64,000 bases of DNA. Source: Bdellovibrionales bacterium (lineage in GTDB: Bacteria > Bdellovibrionota > Bdellovibrionia > Bdellovibrionales > JAGQZY01). Location: the NCBI GenBank assembly GCA_964230645.1, contig CAXRHT010000002.1, positions 1,280,001 through 1,344,000 on the forward strand. The letters are read 5' to 3'. Below the pieces are notes generated by a model. It made no database searches. It saw nothing but the letters and a program-made list of their open reading frames with translations, and had not been told where the DNA came from. Shown here piece after piece: positions 38,555-47,952 of the stretch (its first letter is position 1; each line of letters starts with the position of its first letter). A program made the translations under genes and the position numbers.

Positions 38555-40210
38555 ATGCGGAGCATGGTAGATCAACAAGCCAATACGAGCCAGTACAAGA
38601 CCACCGATGTCCTCATTATTGGAACGGGAGTGGCTGGATTAGCGACCGCCCTTAAACTCTCCGATAAATTTAAAGTCACTCTCGTGGCAAAATGTCAGGT
38701 GGAGCACACCAATTCGGCGATGGCTCAAGGAGGCATTGCCTCGGTTGTCGCCAGTGAAGACCAGTTTTCCGACCACATTGAGGACACTCTGAAAGCGGGA
38801 GCGGGACTTTGTAAACCTGAGATTGTGGAAAAAGTGGTGCAATCAGGCCCTGAACGAATCAAAGACCTTGAAGAATGGGGTGTTCGCTTTGATTCAGAAT
38901 CCAATCCTGCCCATAAAGATAAAAATTTGCACCGCGAAGGCGGCCACTCTCATCGCCGTATCTTGCATGTGCAAGATCACACCGGCAAGGCCATCCACCA
39001 AGCCCTCATGGAAAAAGTGAGAGGTGATAAAAACATAGAAGTGATTGAAGAGTACATCGCCATAGACCTTATCACTGAGCACCAGCATCAGGATTTTAAA
39101 ACCGGTGCCAATCGCTGTTTGGGGGCTCACTTTCTTGATATCCCCAATCACAAATTCATTTCCATCTATTCTAAGAACACAGTTCTTGCCACAGGGGGAG
39201 CTGGAAAGGTTTACCTTTATACTTCGAATTGGGAGGGAGCCACAGGTGACGGTATCGCGATGGCTTACCGCGCCGGTTGCCGAATTGCCAATATGGAATT
39301 TATGCAGTTTCATCCCACCTGCCTTTATCATCAGAAAGCACGAAACTTCTTAATTTCAGAAGCCCTGCGCGGCGAAGGCGCTGAGCTCATTAATGAACAG
39401 GGAGACAGCTTTTCCTATCAGTACAATGAGGCCGGCCCACTAGCTCCCAGGGATATCGTTGCAAGAGCTATTGATGCCGAAATGAAGAAGTCAGGCTCGC
39501 CCTGCGTATTTCTTGATATTCGCGATAAGGGGCGAGATTTTATCTCCAAACAATTTCCTTTTATCTTTGAGCGTTGCTTGCAACTGGGATTTGATATCAG
39601 TCAAAGCCCCCTTCCCGTAGTACCAGCGGCCCACTACCTCTGTGGCGGAATTCTAACCAACGACAAGGGGGAAACAGATCTCCCCGGACTCTTTGCCGTT
39701 GGCGAGTGCGCCAACACCGGTCTTCACGGAGCCAATCGCCTAGCTTCAAACTCGCTCCTTGAATGTTTGGCCTTTGCTCATTTTGCAGCCGAGTCTATTC
39801 TGGAAAAGGAAGACAAACTTCCACTTCCCGAACCGGCGGCTTGGAGCATTCCCCTTATTCTTCAGAAAGAAAATGACGATGAATTAATGCTGATCACCCA
39901 TCTTTGGGATGAAATTAGGACTCTCATGTGGAACTATGTCGGAATTGTGCGATCAAACAAAAGGCTACAACGGGCTCTTACCCGCATCAAAAATATTGAA
40001 AATGAAATTGATGAATACTACCTCAATTTTCAAATTCACTCTGACCTGATTGAATTAAAAAACTTGGCTACGGTGGCTCGGTTAACCATTCAATGCGCGA
40101 TCCAACGGGAAGCCTCTGTGGGAACCCATTTCAATGAGGACTTTGACGATCAAAAACCCAGAGAAAGCGAACCACTACTCAATCTTATTCAACCCAACTC
40201 TCTTCATTAG
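38555..40210 (+). CDS. nadB: L-aspartate oxidase
   Basis: IIGTGVAG FAD motif, SAMAQGGIA, REGGHSHRRILH, QFHPT, SEALRGEG, HYLCGG, GLHGANRLASNSLLE. Start is 38555 or 38564. Confidence 0.95.
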   Translation: MRSMVDQQANTSQYKTTDVLIIGTGVAGLATALKLSDKFKVTLVAKCQVEHTNSAMAQGGIASVVASEDQFSDHIEDTLKAGAGLCKPEIVEKVVQSGPERIKDLEEWGVRFDSESNPAHKDKNLHREGGHSHRRILHVQDHTGKAIHQALMEKVRGDKNIEVIEEYIAIDLITEHQHQDFKTGANRCLGAHFLDIPNHKFISIYSKNTVLATGGAGKVYLYTSNWEGATGDGIAMAYRAGCRIANMEFMQFHPTCLYHQKARNFLISEALRGEGAELINEQGDSFSYQYNEAGPLAPRDIVARAIDAEMKKSGSPCVFLDIRDKGRDFISKQFPFIFERCLQLGFDISQSPLPVVPAAHYLCGGILTNDKGETDLPGLFAVGECANTGLHGANRLASNSLLECLAFAHFAAESILEKEDKLPLPEPAAWSIPLILQKENDDELMLITHLWDEIRTLMWNYVGIVRSNKRLQRALTRIKNIENEIDEYYLNFQIHSDLIELKNLATVARLTIQCAIQREASVGTHFNEDFDDQKPRESEPLLNLIQPNSLH

Positions 40211-40279
40211 ACCGGAGGTCTCGCTTTAAAAAGCTCAGACTTATTGCCCCGCTGCTTTAAAAAATATATATTGCTCTTC

Positions 40280-41125
40280 ATGAACCAGTACGAACAACGT
40301 GAATACTATTTTGACGACCCCGAAATCCCCAAACTTTTCATGCAGTCGTGGGCTCGGCCTGACCTAACACCTAAAGGCTGTGTGCTTATTACCCACGGGA
40401 TCGCCGAGCATTCCGAGTGTTATGATCGTTTGGCGAAGGCTCTCGCTGATAAAGCTTGGCTCGTGTTTGGCTGGGACCTACAAGGTCATGGACGCTCTGA
40501 GGGGAAAAGAGGCTATGTGAAAGAGTTTTCCGATCAAGCACGGGACCTGAAAACAATTATAAAAAAAATAAAAGAAGACGAAACCCTTCCCACCAGTAAC
40601 TTTCACTTGATCGGTCATTCCATGGGAGGATTAATCACTCTGCAGGCCCTGCTCTCTGAGAATCCACCACGTGTACAGTCCGCTGTTTTTTCAAGCCCGG
40701 CTTTTGGCCTATCGATGCAAGTGCCAAAATCCAAGGAAATGGCCAGTCGACTCTTGAACCAATTTTGGCCCACTTTCACTCTTAGCACTGAAATGCAATA
40801 CGACAAGCTTAGCCGTGACCCCGAGCAAGTGGCCTCTTATGGAAAAGATCCACTCCGTCACAACAAAATCTCAGCCCCTCTGTTTCAGGGTATGTTGGCA
40901 ACAATGGACTGGGTTTCTCAAAATATTAAAAAACTGCAAGTTCCTGTTTTTTTTCAGGTCGCGGGCCAAGATGGTATTGTCGCCACCCAAGCCACGCTAG
41001 ACCTTTTTAAAAAGATTCCGACGGAGAAAAAACTAAAAATCTACGAGGACAGTTTTCATGAGATCTACAATGATCTCAATAAAGAGGAATGCATTGACGA
41101 CCTTATAGGTTATTTAGGACAATAA
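40280..41125 (+). CDS. alpha/beta hydrolase, lysophospholipase/monoacylglycerol lipase family
   Basis: HGIAEHS, DLQGHGRSEGKRG, GHSMGG nucleophile elbow, catalytic D and H (FHEIYN). Confidence 0.9.
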   Translation: MNQYEQREYYFDDPEIPKLFMQSWARPDLTPKGCVLITHGIAEHSECYDRLAKALADKAWLVFGWDLQGHGRSEGKRGYVKEFSDQARDLKTIIKKIKEDETLPTSNFHLIGHSMGGLITLQALLSENPPRVQSAVFSSPAFGLSMQVPKSKEMASRLLNQFWPTFTLSTEMQYDKLSRDPEQVASYGKDPLRHNKISAPLFQGMLATMDWVSQNIKKLQVPVFFQVAGQDGIVATQATLDLFKKIPTEKKLKIYEDSFHEIYNDLNKEECIDDLIGYLGQ

Positions 41126-41129
41126 ATCC

Positions 41130-41744
41130 ATGAAATCCCTTTGGCTTATTATTTTACTTGTTGGACTTTCATCCTGCACAACCCATCCTCATTCCGAGGG
41201 ACGTGAAGCTTACATCGAAAAGATCGAAAAGTTTTCTGCGGGAGACAAACAGTTTGCGGGTCTTTATCATCAGTTCGAATACCGAGCGACCATTCTCAAC
41301 CGTGACGTTTCTAAAACGATCCATGATCGTTTGGATAAATACTATGCTTGGGATGAACAGGAGTCGGCCGAAAAGCTGCGTGAACGTATGAGTGAACTCG
41401 ATAATAAAACTATTTTCTGGATGAGTTTCTTTACGCCCGAAAGAAAAAACGACAATTTAGCCAACAAGGTCTCTATCTGGAAAATTTATTTAAAAGTGGG
41501 CAGTAGTCGTTATGAGGCACAGGTTAAGAAAGCCAATAAAAACTTTAGCGAAGCCAAGGCCCTTTTTCCCTATCACTCCCGCTGGGCGACTCCTTACTAT
41601 GTGGAGTTTCCTGTCCCTACCGATCAAGTCACAGGCCAACAATTAAAGATTATCGTCACCGGACCTCTTGGCAGAAGAGAGGCAAAGTTTCCTGAAAGCT
41701 CGGATGAAGGCTATTCCCCGGGTTATGATTACGAACAGCTATAA
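41130..41744 (+). CDS. lipoprotein, hypothetical
   Basis: Lipobox LSSC after a hydrophobic signal. Confidence 0.8.
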   Translation: MKSLWLIILLVGLSSCTTHPHSEGREAYIEKIEKFSAGDKQFAGLYHQFEYRATILNRDVSKTIHDRLDKYYAWDEQESAEKLRERMSELDNKTIFWMSFFTPERKNDNLANKVSIWKIYLKVGSSRYEAQVKKANKNFSEAKALFPYHSRWATPYYVEFPVPTDQVTGQQLKIIVTGPLGRREAKFPESSDEGYSPGYDYEQL

Positions 41745-41756
41745 CTTTTCATATAA

Positions 41757-43424
41757 TTAAAAAACATTTTGGCAACGGGCACCGCCACCAGAAATAAGGT
41801 ATTCCGCCAAAGCCATGCGGCCAATCTCAGCGAGAAGTTCCGGTTGATTTTGAGCTTGCTGCATTTCGCTTACAAACGTGGAATCCACTGGGTAAACTTC
41901 CATAAGCTTTGTTAGCAAGGCTTCACTGGAGAGTTCTTGACTGAGAACTTTCTCAAGCCAAAGTTTTCTTCTTTCAAAATCGATGCTCGAGTCACTAAAG
42001 ACTTGATCAACTAAAACCGCTGTCGCCTCTTGATGGCCCATTTCTAGGATCTCTACAGTCCATTCAGTGATAATCAATTCTTTGAGAGTTGCGTTTTTCA
42101 TTGCTCGTTGCAGGAAAAAGCTTAGGTCTCGAGTTTGCACACGTTGATCAGCTAAACCGGACTTTATGTCTTCATATATTTTCTTTTGAAGCTCCAAAGC
42201 ACTTTCGCTTTGCGAGTGATAAAGAGCATCGAAACCTACCACATCACGCAGAATGGATCTTCGTTCAAGGGGGCTAAGCTCATTCATCCAATCAAACCAC
42301 TTGGGGTTTTGTAGGACGTAGGAATAGGTGAGAGCATTTTTTATTTCAAATGTTCTTGGATAGGGGGAGCCTTTCTGAAAAGCAAATTCAATCACCGGCA
42401 TCGTCCATGACTTAACTTGTGTGCTGTGGACCGCCTGATAGAACACACTACGGTATTCATGGGAGTAATGAAGAAGTTGCTCTAATAATGGTAGTCCCTG
42501 GTCATCTTCGATAGAAAAGGAATCGGGAGTTGAAATATCAAGAACAGGGACGAATTCTTTAGCAATGGCAGGCTTTCTTGAGAGCCACTGAACAACCACT
42601 TGAGTTCCTGTGACACTATCCATGGCTCGTAAAAGTTTGCCCAGTAAATTTAACTGAGTCTGTTTCCAATCCGAAAATGGGATATTCTCCAAGGCCCAAT
42701 GAACTACCAGATTGAACGGAAGAGCCGTTTTATTCAGACCGAGATTTTGTTTCTGAGACAATACCTCTTGCACGAAAAGAAATTTCGCATCCCTATCAAC
42801 AGAGGAGAGTATTTTTCCAGTAATATTATCAAAGAATGACTTTTTCGAATAGCCTTGCAATTTTGGTGAACGATACAACTGTAAAAGTTGCCAAGCTCGG
42901 TGCCTTTTCTCGGGCTCTTTTGACGCAAAATTATCTGTCATTTCACTGAGCCAAAGAAGACTTTGCTCCCTGGAAAAATGTTTCCAATCCGATCTTCCTA
43001 AGTCAAAATTCGAAAGGTACTTGGCAAAACCATTTTTCTCCATGTAATCCAGTGCCACCTCCGAGTTATCAAATTGCAAGAAAGTGAGCCCTATTAACTC
43101 CTTAAGAGGAAGTTGATACTCTGGTTTAGTGGAAACCTCCAAAGCAAACCAAGCCTTTAAAAGCTCTTTATCAAGAAGTAACCCCGGATTGTCTTTAACC
43201 AGTTCAACAAATGAATCCGCGTGCACAGACCTTGCGTAGGCAAAGCCCTGGGTGTCCGTTTGAAACTGAGAGGTGGAAAGCCCTGTTGTCGCCATAAGAG
43301 CCATTTCATTGGATTTAACTTCATCCAATAAACCCTGAGCCTTGACAGAGGCATCCTGCGCAATCGCAAGGCTAGAGCCAAAAAAACAAAGCAAGAAGGC
43401 AAAACGAGCCAATGAAGATTTCAT
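41757..43424 (-). CDS. secreted alpha-helical hypothetical protein ending in CxxxF
   Basis: Start at ATG 43424 (MKSSLARFAFLLCFFGSSLAIA-QD) with an AAGGTGG RBS. C-terminus GGGARCQNVF. Confidence 0.75.
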   Translation of the reverse strand: MKSSLARFAFLLCFFGSSLAIAQDASVKAQGLLDEVKSNEMALMATTGLSTSQFQTDTQGFAYARSVHADSFVELVKDNPGLLLDKELLKAWFALEVSTKPEYQLPLKELIGLTFLQFDNSEVALDYMEKNGFAKYLSNFDLGRSDWKHFSREQSLLWLSEMTDNFASKEPEKRHRAWQLLQLYRSPKLQGYSKKSFFDNITGKILSSVDRDAKFLFVQEVLSQKQNLGLNKTALPFNLVVHWALENIPFSDWKQTQLNLLGKLLRAMDSVTGTQVVVQWLSRKPAIAKEFVPVLDISTPDSFSIEDDQGLPLLEQLLHYSHEYRSVFYQAVHSTQVKSWTMPVIEFAFQKGSPYPRTFEIKNALTYSYVLQNPKWFDWMNELSPLERRSILRDVVGFDALYHSQSESALELQKKIYEDIKSGLADQRVQTRDLSFFLQRAMKNATLKELIITEWTVEILEMGHQEATAVLVDQVFSDSSIDFERRKLWLEKVLSQELSSEALLTKLMEVYPVDSTFVSEMQQAQNQPELLAEIGRMALAEYLISGGGARCQNVF

Positions 43425-43576
43425 GTTTTCCACCTTTGAAAACCCCACAATAGCGGAAAAGGCTAGAATCACCCATAAATATCCCCTGAGGGTGAAATAT
43501 ATTTAGACATATCAAAGCTTTAGACACCCTCCCCTATCTCTCTTCCAACTTTTGGAGTTCCGCTCAGGCTCCCACA

Positions 43577-43604
43577 GGTCCTTCGACTTCGCCTCGGGAC
43601 GACA
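43577..43604. repeat. degenerate REP-like half-repeat
   Basis: GGTCCTTCGACTTCGCCTCGGGACGACA resembles the arms of the repeats at 51.3 and 56.9 kb. Confidence 0.5.
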
Positions 43605-43646
43605 TTGAAGTCAGAAAGATGCCTAACATTCTTAGAAAATTATTGG

Positions 43647-44069
43647 CTATTGTCGTCTGCCAGAAATCATCACCATCCAGGTTTTTCGTCGATGTATCCA
43701 AGCATCCGTAAAAATGCCCACAAGATGAAGGCTCACCAGGAAAAGAAGGGTATTCGAAGTGTAGTAATGAAGAGTTTCGAGCTTTTGGTTACCAAAAAAT
43801 TGATCCATTTCCATCATATAGCCACTGCCACCTAAAACTCCGATGCAGGCCCAAATAGACCAGTAAACGTACTCAGCTTTAGGATTGTAGTGATCAAAAT
43901 TTAGTTTTTTAGCTAAGAGAACTCTTATTAAAACTAAGCTCACAGCCGTGTAGCCTAGATAACGGTGAGTGAGACTCCCCGTTTCTAAAATGAATGCGTT
44001 TAAAAGAACAGAGAGTGCCACTCCCCAATGAATGAAGCGTACGACGAAACCGTTCTTTTTTTTAGACAT
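43647..44069 (-). CDS. cytochrome b/b561-like di-heme membrane protein
   Basis: VRFIHW, THRYLGY, ETLHYY, LHLVG heme-ligand His pattern; four TM helices. Confidence 0.82.
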   Translation of the reverse strand: MSKKKNGFVVRFIHWGVALSVLLNAFILETGSLTHRYLGYTAVSLVLIRVLLAKKLNFDHYNPKAEYVYWSIWACIGVLGGSGYMMEMDQFFGNQKLETLHYYTSNTLLFLVSLHLVGIFTDAWIHRRKTWMVMISGRRQ

Positions 44070-44365
44070 CAGTGCTTCTCGCTTTTAACCACGTCTCCAG
44101 AAACAGGGTTAAAGTAAATCTCGACCTTATTTTTATCCTTGTCCCAGCCGTAGATTTCGTAACAATTGCCACTAGTCACTTTAAACTCGTTAATTTTATA
44201 ACCTTGATCTTTTAGATTCTGTTTAAATTCGGCCTGGTCTTTCCATTGGCTCTTTGGCTCAGTGGTACATTTAGTTTCGTTCTTGGTGCAGGCCACACAC
44301 AAAAGGCTCAATAAAAAAATAGATACAAAGTTTTTCAAAACAAACTCCTTGTTAAAGACCTTCAA
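44069..44365 (-). CDS. PepSY-like domain (lipo)protein
   Basis: CTTEPKSQW...GYKINEFKVTSGNCYEIYG...KVEIYFNP. Confidence 0.82.
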   Translation of the reverse strand: MKVFNKEFVLKNFVSIFLLSLLCVACTKNETKCTTEPKSQWKDQAEFKQNLKDQGYKINEFKVTSGNCYEIYGWDKDKNKVEIYFNPVSGDVVKSEKH

Positions 44366-44915
44366 GCAAAAATTTGAAAGCCAAGGTTAATAAAACGATC
44401 GATCCAATAAGGTTAAATATAGGACCCATCTTCTCTGATGCCACTTTCGCTAGCTGCATTCCCAGAATCGTGGAGAAAAAAGCCCACAATCCGATAGAGA
44501 CCACAAAGGGTGCTAGCGGCTTGTTGGCCGCGCCAAGACTCACACCGACAGCAAAGGCATCTAAACTCGTAGCAAAAGAAACTATTAGAATCTTGAAGAA
44601 ACTATGAAATTCTTTTGAACTCTGATTCTCATCATCTTTAGTCGTTAATTCGCTGTAACCCTCAAAAGCCATGTGAGCCGACACGCTGGCCAGGAGCACG
44701 AAAGAAATCCAGTGATCAATAGAGTCAAATCGGGCCACGATTTGTGCTCCCGCCATGGCCCCCAGAAAGGTCACAAGAGCTTCTGCTCCTCCCGAAGAAA
44801 AGGCAAATTTCAAACTGTCCTTGAAATTATGGGAGCGTGATCCCAAAGCAAGGGCCGCCGAGAAGGAATCTGCACTTAAAACTAAGCCCACTACTAAAAC
44901 TTCAACCAAAATCAT
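44352..44915 (-). CDS. mntP: manganese efflux pump MntP family
   Basis: LSADSFSA and ATSLDAFAVG twin motifs, DHWISF. Confidence 0.85.
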   Translation of the reverse strand: MILVEVLVVGLVLSADSFSAALALGSRSHNFKDSLKFAFSSGGAEALVTFLGAMAGAQIVARFDSIDHWISFVLLASVSAHMAFEGYSELTTKDDENQSSKEFHSFFKILIVSFATSLDAFAVGVSLGAANKPLAPFVVSIGLWAFFSTILGMQLAKVASEKMGPIFNLIGSIVLLTLAFKFLLEGL

Positions 44916-44955
44916 GGTTCAAACCTCAAACTCACAAAGGAAAACGTCAATGGTT

Positions 44956-47952
44956 TTATGGCGCGTCTTGTACGAATATTTTTTCATCAAAGGGATAGGC
45001 TGCCACCCACTTTGTGGGACCTTGCCAATTTAAATATTTGTGCAAGGCCTGGGAATATTCAGCGATTTGTTTGAAGGCTTCATCTTTGTAGCGTGAATCC
45101 CCCGTCTTGTAATCTACAACCCAAAGGGTGTCTTGAGCGATACCCCACAAGTCGATTCTTTTTTCTTCCATTTCACCATTTTTCTCCCACTGGTAACCCC
45201 ATTCCACATGTCCCTTTGAGATAATTTCTTTAAACGGGACCTCTTTTTGGGAGAGTACAAATTCAATAGCACTCGCTAGGTCTTGTTTTTTCTCGGGAAG
45301 CCATGACTCACCAAGCTCAATAACAACTTTAGGTTCGAAAGTTTTTAGGGACTCAAATATTTTATGAAGTACCACCCCTTGTCGCCTTCTTTTTTGATCT
45401 TGTTGCAATTGCTCCCAATTATCAGGTGGCCTGCGTGAGGTGGAGCGAGATTCTTGCAAGTTTTTCTGGCTTTTCCGTGAAACGCTTTTATCCCAAGGTT
45501 GGCGAACCTTTTCATCAGTGCTCTCGGACTGGTAGAAAACCTCTTCAACCCCTTCAATGTCTTGCCAATCCATATAGTCTTTTTGGGCTAGCAAATCCTG
45601 CTGATGGGTTAGGAGCTCCCCCCAGGATTTTGCCTTTACCTTTTCTTTGAAACTCAAAAAAAGCTTCTCTCGAGCTCTGGTCATAGCGACATAAAGAACT
45701 CTTAAGGACTCCTCTTGCTCCCTTTTTTTCATCTCAACAATATTGTGAAACTCCAAGATGTCCCCAAGAAATTCATTTTGATTTAAGATCGGAAGTCTAA
45801 AACTCCATTGATTTTTGGCTTCCCAATAGTTGAAATGACTAAATGTTGTTTCATTGGGTCTTGAATGCAAAAAGGGAAGAAAGACATAGTCAAACTGCAG
45901 GCCCTTAGAAGAATGGACCGTCATTAAATTAATCTTATTAGGTTCCACCGGAGAATGAGCGTCTGAAGCATCTCCAAGGTCCTCCAATTGAGTTGAGCGA
46001 AAACCCTCATTGATAAATTGGATAAGACTAGCGCCTGGCTCCCTGGCTTTCTTTTCGATGATGTTTATAAGCTTCCACAGGTTAGCCTCTCGCCTTCCAG
46101 TGGGATCAAGCTTTGAACTGTAATCAATGACTCCCAAATCAATTAGGCTTTGCCTAAAAACCCAGGCCACGCCCGCTTCGTGGATAGCCCATCGGGCTTT
46201 TAAAAGCCAATGACCAGGATGCTCCAAACTCTGCGTCTTAAAATATTCTTTAAAGTTTTCCCAAAAATTCGCTTTTTTCGCACCAATGACATCCACGATC
46301 TCAGCATCACTCATCGCGAGCCAAGGCGAGCGCAATAGAATCAATAAATTTTTGTCATCCCAAGGATTGATTAAAAACTTGAGAAGACTCAAAGCATCTA
46401 AAATTTCACGACGCTGATAAAAGTTTGAAGATGCATGGGAAATAACCGGAAAGCCATGAGCCATTAGATATTTTTGCAGCTGCTCGAGCTCTTTCTTCGT
46501 ACGAGTCAGAACACCGATATCCTTCGGACTGACACCTTTTTCGAATAGTTCATTGATTTGAAAACAAAGATTTCTAATTTCACCATTACTTTCTTTTTCA
46601 TCCCCCGTGTCGACACGGACAACAACAGAGGCCTCCCCTTCTAGAGGCTCCCTATGGGCCTCCATGGCCGAAAATGCTTCTGAAACACTGGGAAAAAAGT
46701 CATTGAAAAAAGATAGGAGGTTTTCTTGAGAGCGACGATTCAATTTTCTAAAATCAAACTGCCCTCCCTCGTTTTCTACTTTTTGCTTTTTATTAAAAAA
46801 GACCTCGCTACGAGAGCCCCTAAAGAGATATATGGATTGTTGCGGATCGCCCACCATATACTGGGAGGTTTGACCCATCATCGCCTCTAAAATCTCCAAT
46901 TGGAGGGGACTAGTGTCTTGAAACTCATCAATAAACCAAGAGTCAATTTCTTGTGCGAACTTTTCAATAAGCTCTGGTTTTTCTTTTAGGGCTTTAAAGG
47001 AAAAAAACTCAAGATCATTGGCTTCAAGAGAAGACTCTTTAACTTTCTTATCCATGAGGGCTGCGATAAACTCTTTTCCAAATTCATTAAAAACTTTATA
47101 GAACTCAATGGATCGCTCCCATTGAGTGGAGCTATACTCTTCACTGCCATACCATTTTTTTAGAATGTCTTTGAACTTTTTGAAATCCTTGTCAGTCTCC
47201 TTACTCCATGGAGTATTCTTACTACTCTTTACTGGTTTTTTTGAAGCTCCAAATGCTTCATAAACCTGACCTCTGAGTTCTTCCCATGGGACTCCTGATT
47301 GCAGAAGTTTATTGACACCCTCAAGCTGCTCTAAATATATTTCCCAACCAGGTCCACTCGTTTCAGCGCGAGCTTTTTCCATGATCTCTTGTAAATTTTC
47401 ACTCATCTCTTCGTTCAAGATCTGGTAGAGATCTTCAAAGTCCTGAGTACTTCGAATAGGCTGAGCCGTCCCTGTCCAATAAGCTTTCTCGTAGAGCTTC
47501 AAATGAGCCAAAAGTTGGCTAAAATTAAAAGCATTCAAAATATGGCCCGAGGGAAACGCTGAAATCATTTCTTTTAAAGTTTGTTTGCGCCAAAAATCGG
47601 CTGTCAGGCTATCCACCACCTTAAATTGATTGGGAAGACCAAGAGGCTGCCCGTAACGACTTAAAAAAAGATTAAAAAGACCGTGCATGGTGGTAATGGT
47701 TAAAAAACTGGTCGACTTGGTAAATTCCAGTGCTTCTCTTTTCTCTTCTAAGCAGTAGACAAGGAGTCTTTCTTTGAGTTCTTGAGTGGCCTTCCTCGTA
47801 AAGGTTGTCATCACCGTGCGTGGCCACTGACCTGTTTCTTTTTTGTGGTCAAGAGCCACTTCGATCACTTTGCGGGTCAGGCCATGGGTTTTCCCGGCCC
47901 CCGCACCGGCTCTAATAAACTCGTTTATAGATTGAGGCTGGGGTTCCGACAT
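44956..47952 (-). CDS. addA: AddA-like UvrD helicase-nuclease
   Basis: AGAGAGKT, TFTRKA, IDEFQDT, VGDPQQSIY.FRG, MTVHSSKGLQF, YVAMTRA, C-terminal RID..DYKTG nuclease. Confidence 0.88.
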   Translation of the reverse strand: MSEPQPQSINEFIRAGAGAGKTHGLTRKVIEVALDHKKETGQWPRTVMTTFTRKATQELKERLLVYCLEEKREALEFTKSTSFLTITTMHGLFNLFLSRYGQPLGLPNQFKVVDSLTADFWRKQTLKEMISAFPSGHILNAFNFSQLLAHLKLYEKAYWTGTAQPIRSTQDFEDLYQILNEEMSENLQEIMEKARAETSGPGWEIYLEQLEGVNKLLQSGVPWEELRGQVYEAFGASKKPVKSSKNTPWSKETDKDFKKFKDILKKWYGSEEYSSTQWERSIEFYKVFNEFGKEFIAALMDKKVKESSLEANDLEFFSFKALKEKPELIEKFAQEIDSWFIDEFQDTSPLQLEILEAMMGQTSQYMVGDPQQSIYLFRGSRSEVFFNKKQKVENEGGQFDFRKLNRRSQENLLSFFNDFFPSVSEAFSAMEAHREPLEGEASVVVRVDTGDEKESNGEIRNLCFQINELFEKGVSPKDIGVLTRTKKELEQLQKYLMAHGFPVISHASSNFYQRREILDALSLLKFLINPWDDKNLLILLRSPWLAMSDAEIVDVIGAKKANFWENFKEYFKTQSLEHPGHWLLKARWAIHEAGVAWVFRQSLIDLGVIDYSSKLDPTGRREANLWKLINIIEKKAREPGASLIQFINEGFRSTQLEDLGDASDAHSPVEPNKINLMTVHSSKGLQFDYVFLPFLHSRPNETTFSHFNYWEAKNQWSFRLPILNQNEFLGDILEFHNIVEMKKREQEESLRVLYVAMTRAREKLFLSFKEKVKAKSWGELLTHQQDLLAQKDYMDWQDIEGVEEVFYQSESTDEKVRQPWDKSVSRKSQKNLQESRSTSRRPPDNWEQLQQDQKRRRQGVVLHKIFESLKTFEPKVVIELGESWLPEKKQDLASAIEFVLSQKEVPFKEIISKGHVEWGYQWEKNGEMEEKRIDLWGIAQDTLWVVDYKTGDSRYKDEAFKQIAEYSQALHKYLNWQGPTKWVAAYPFDEKIFVQDAP

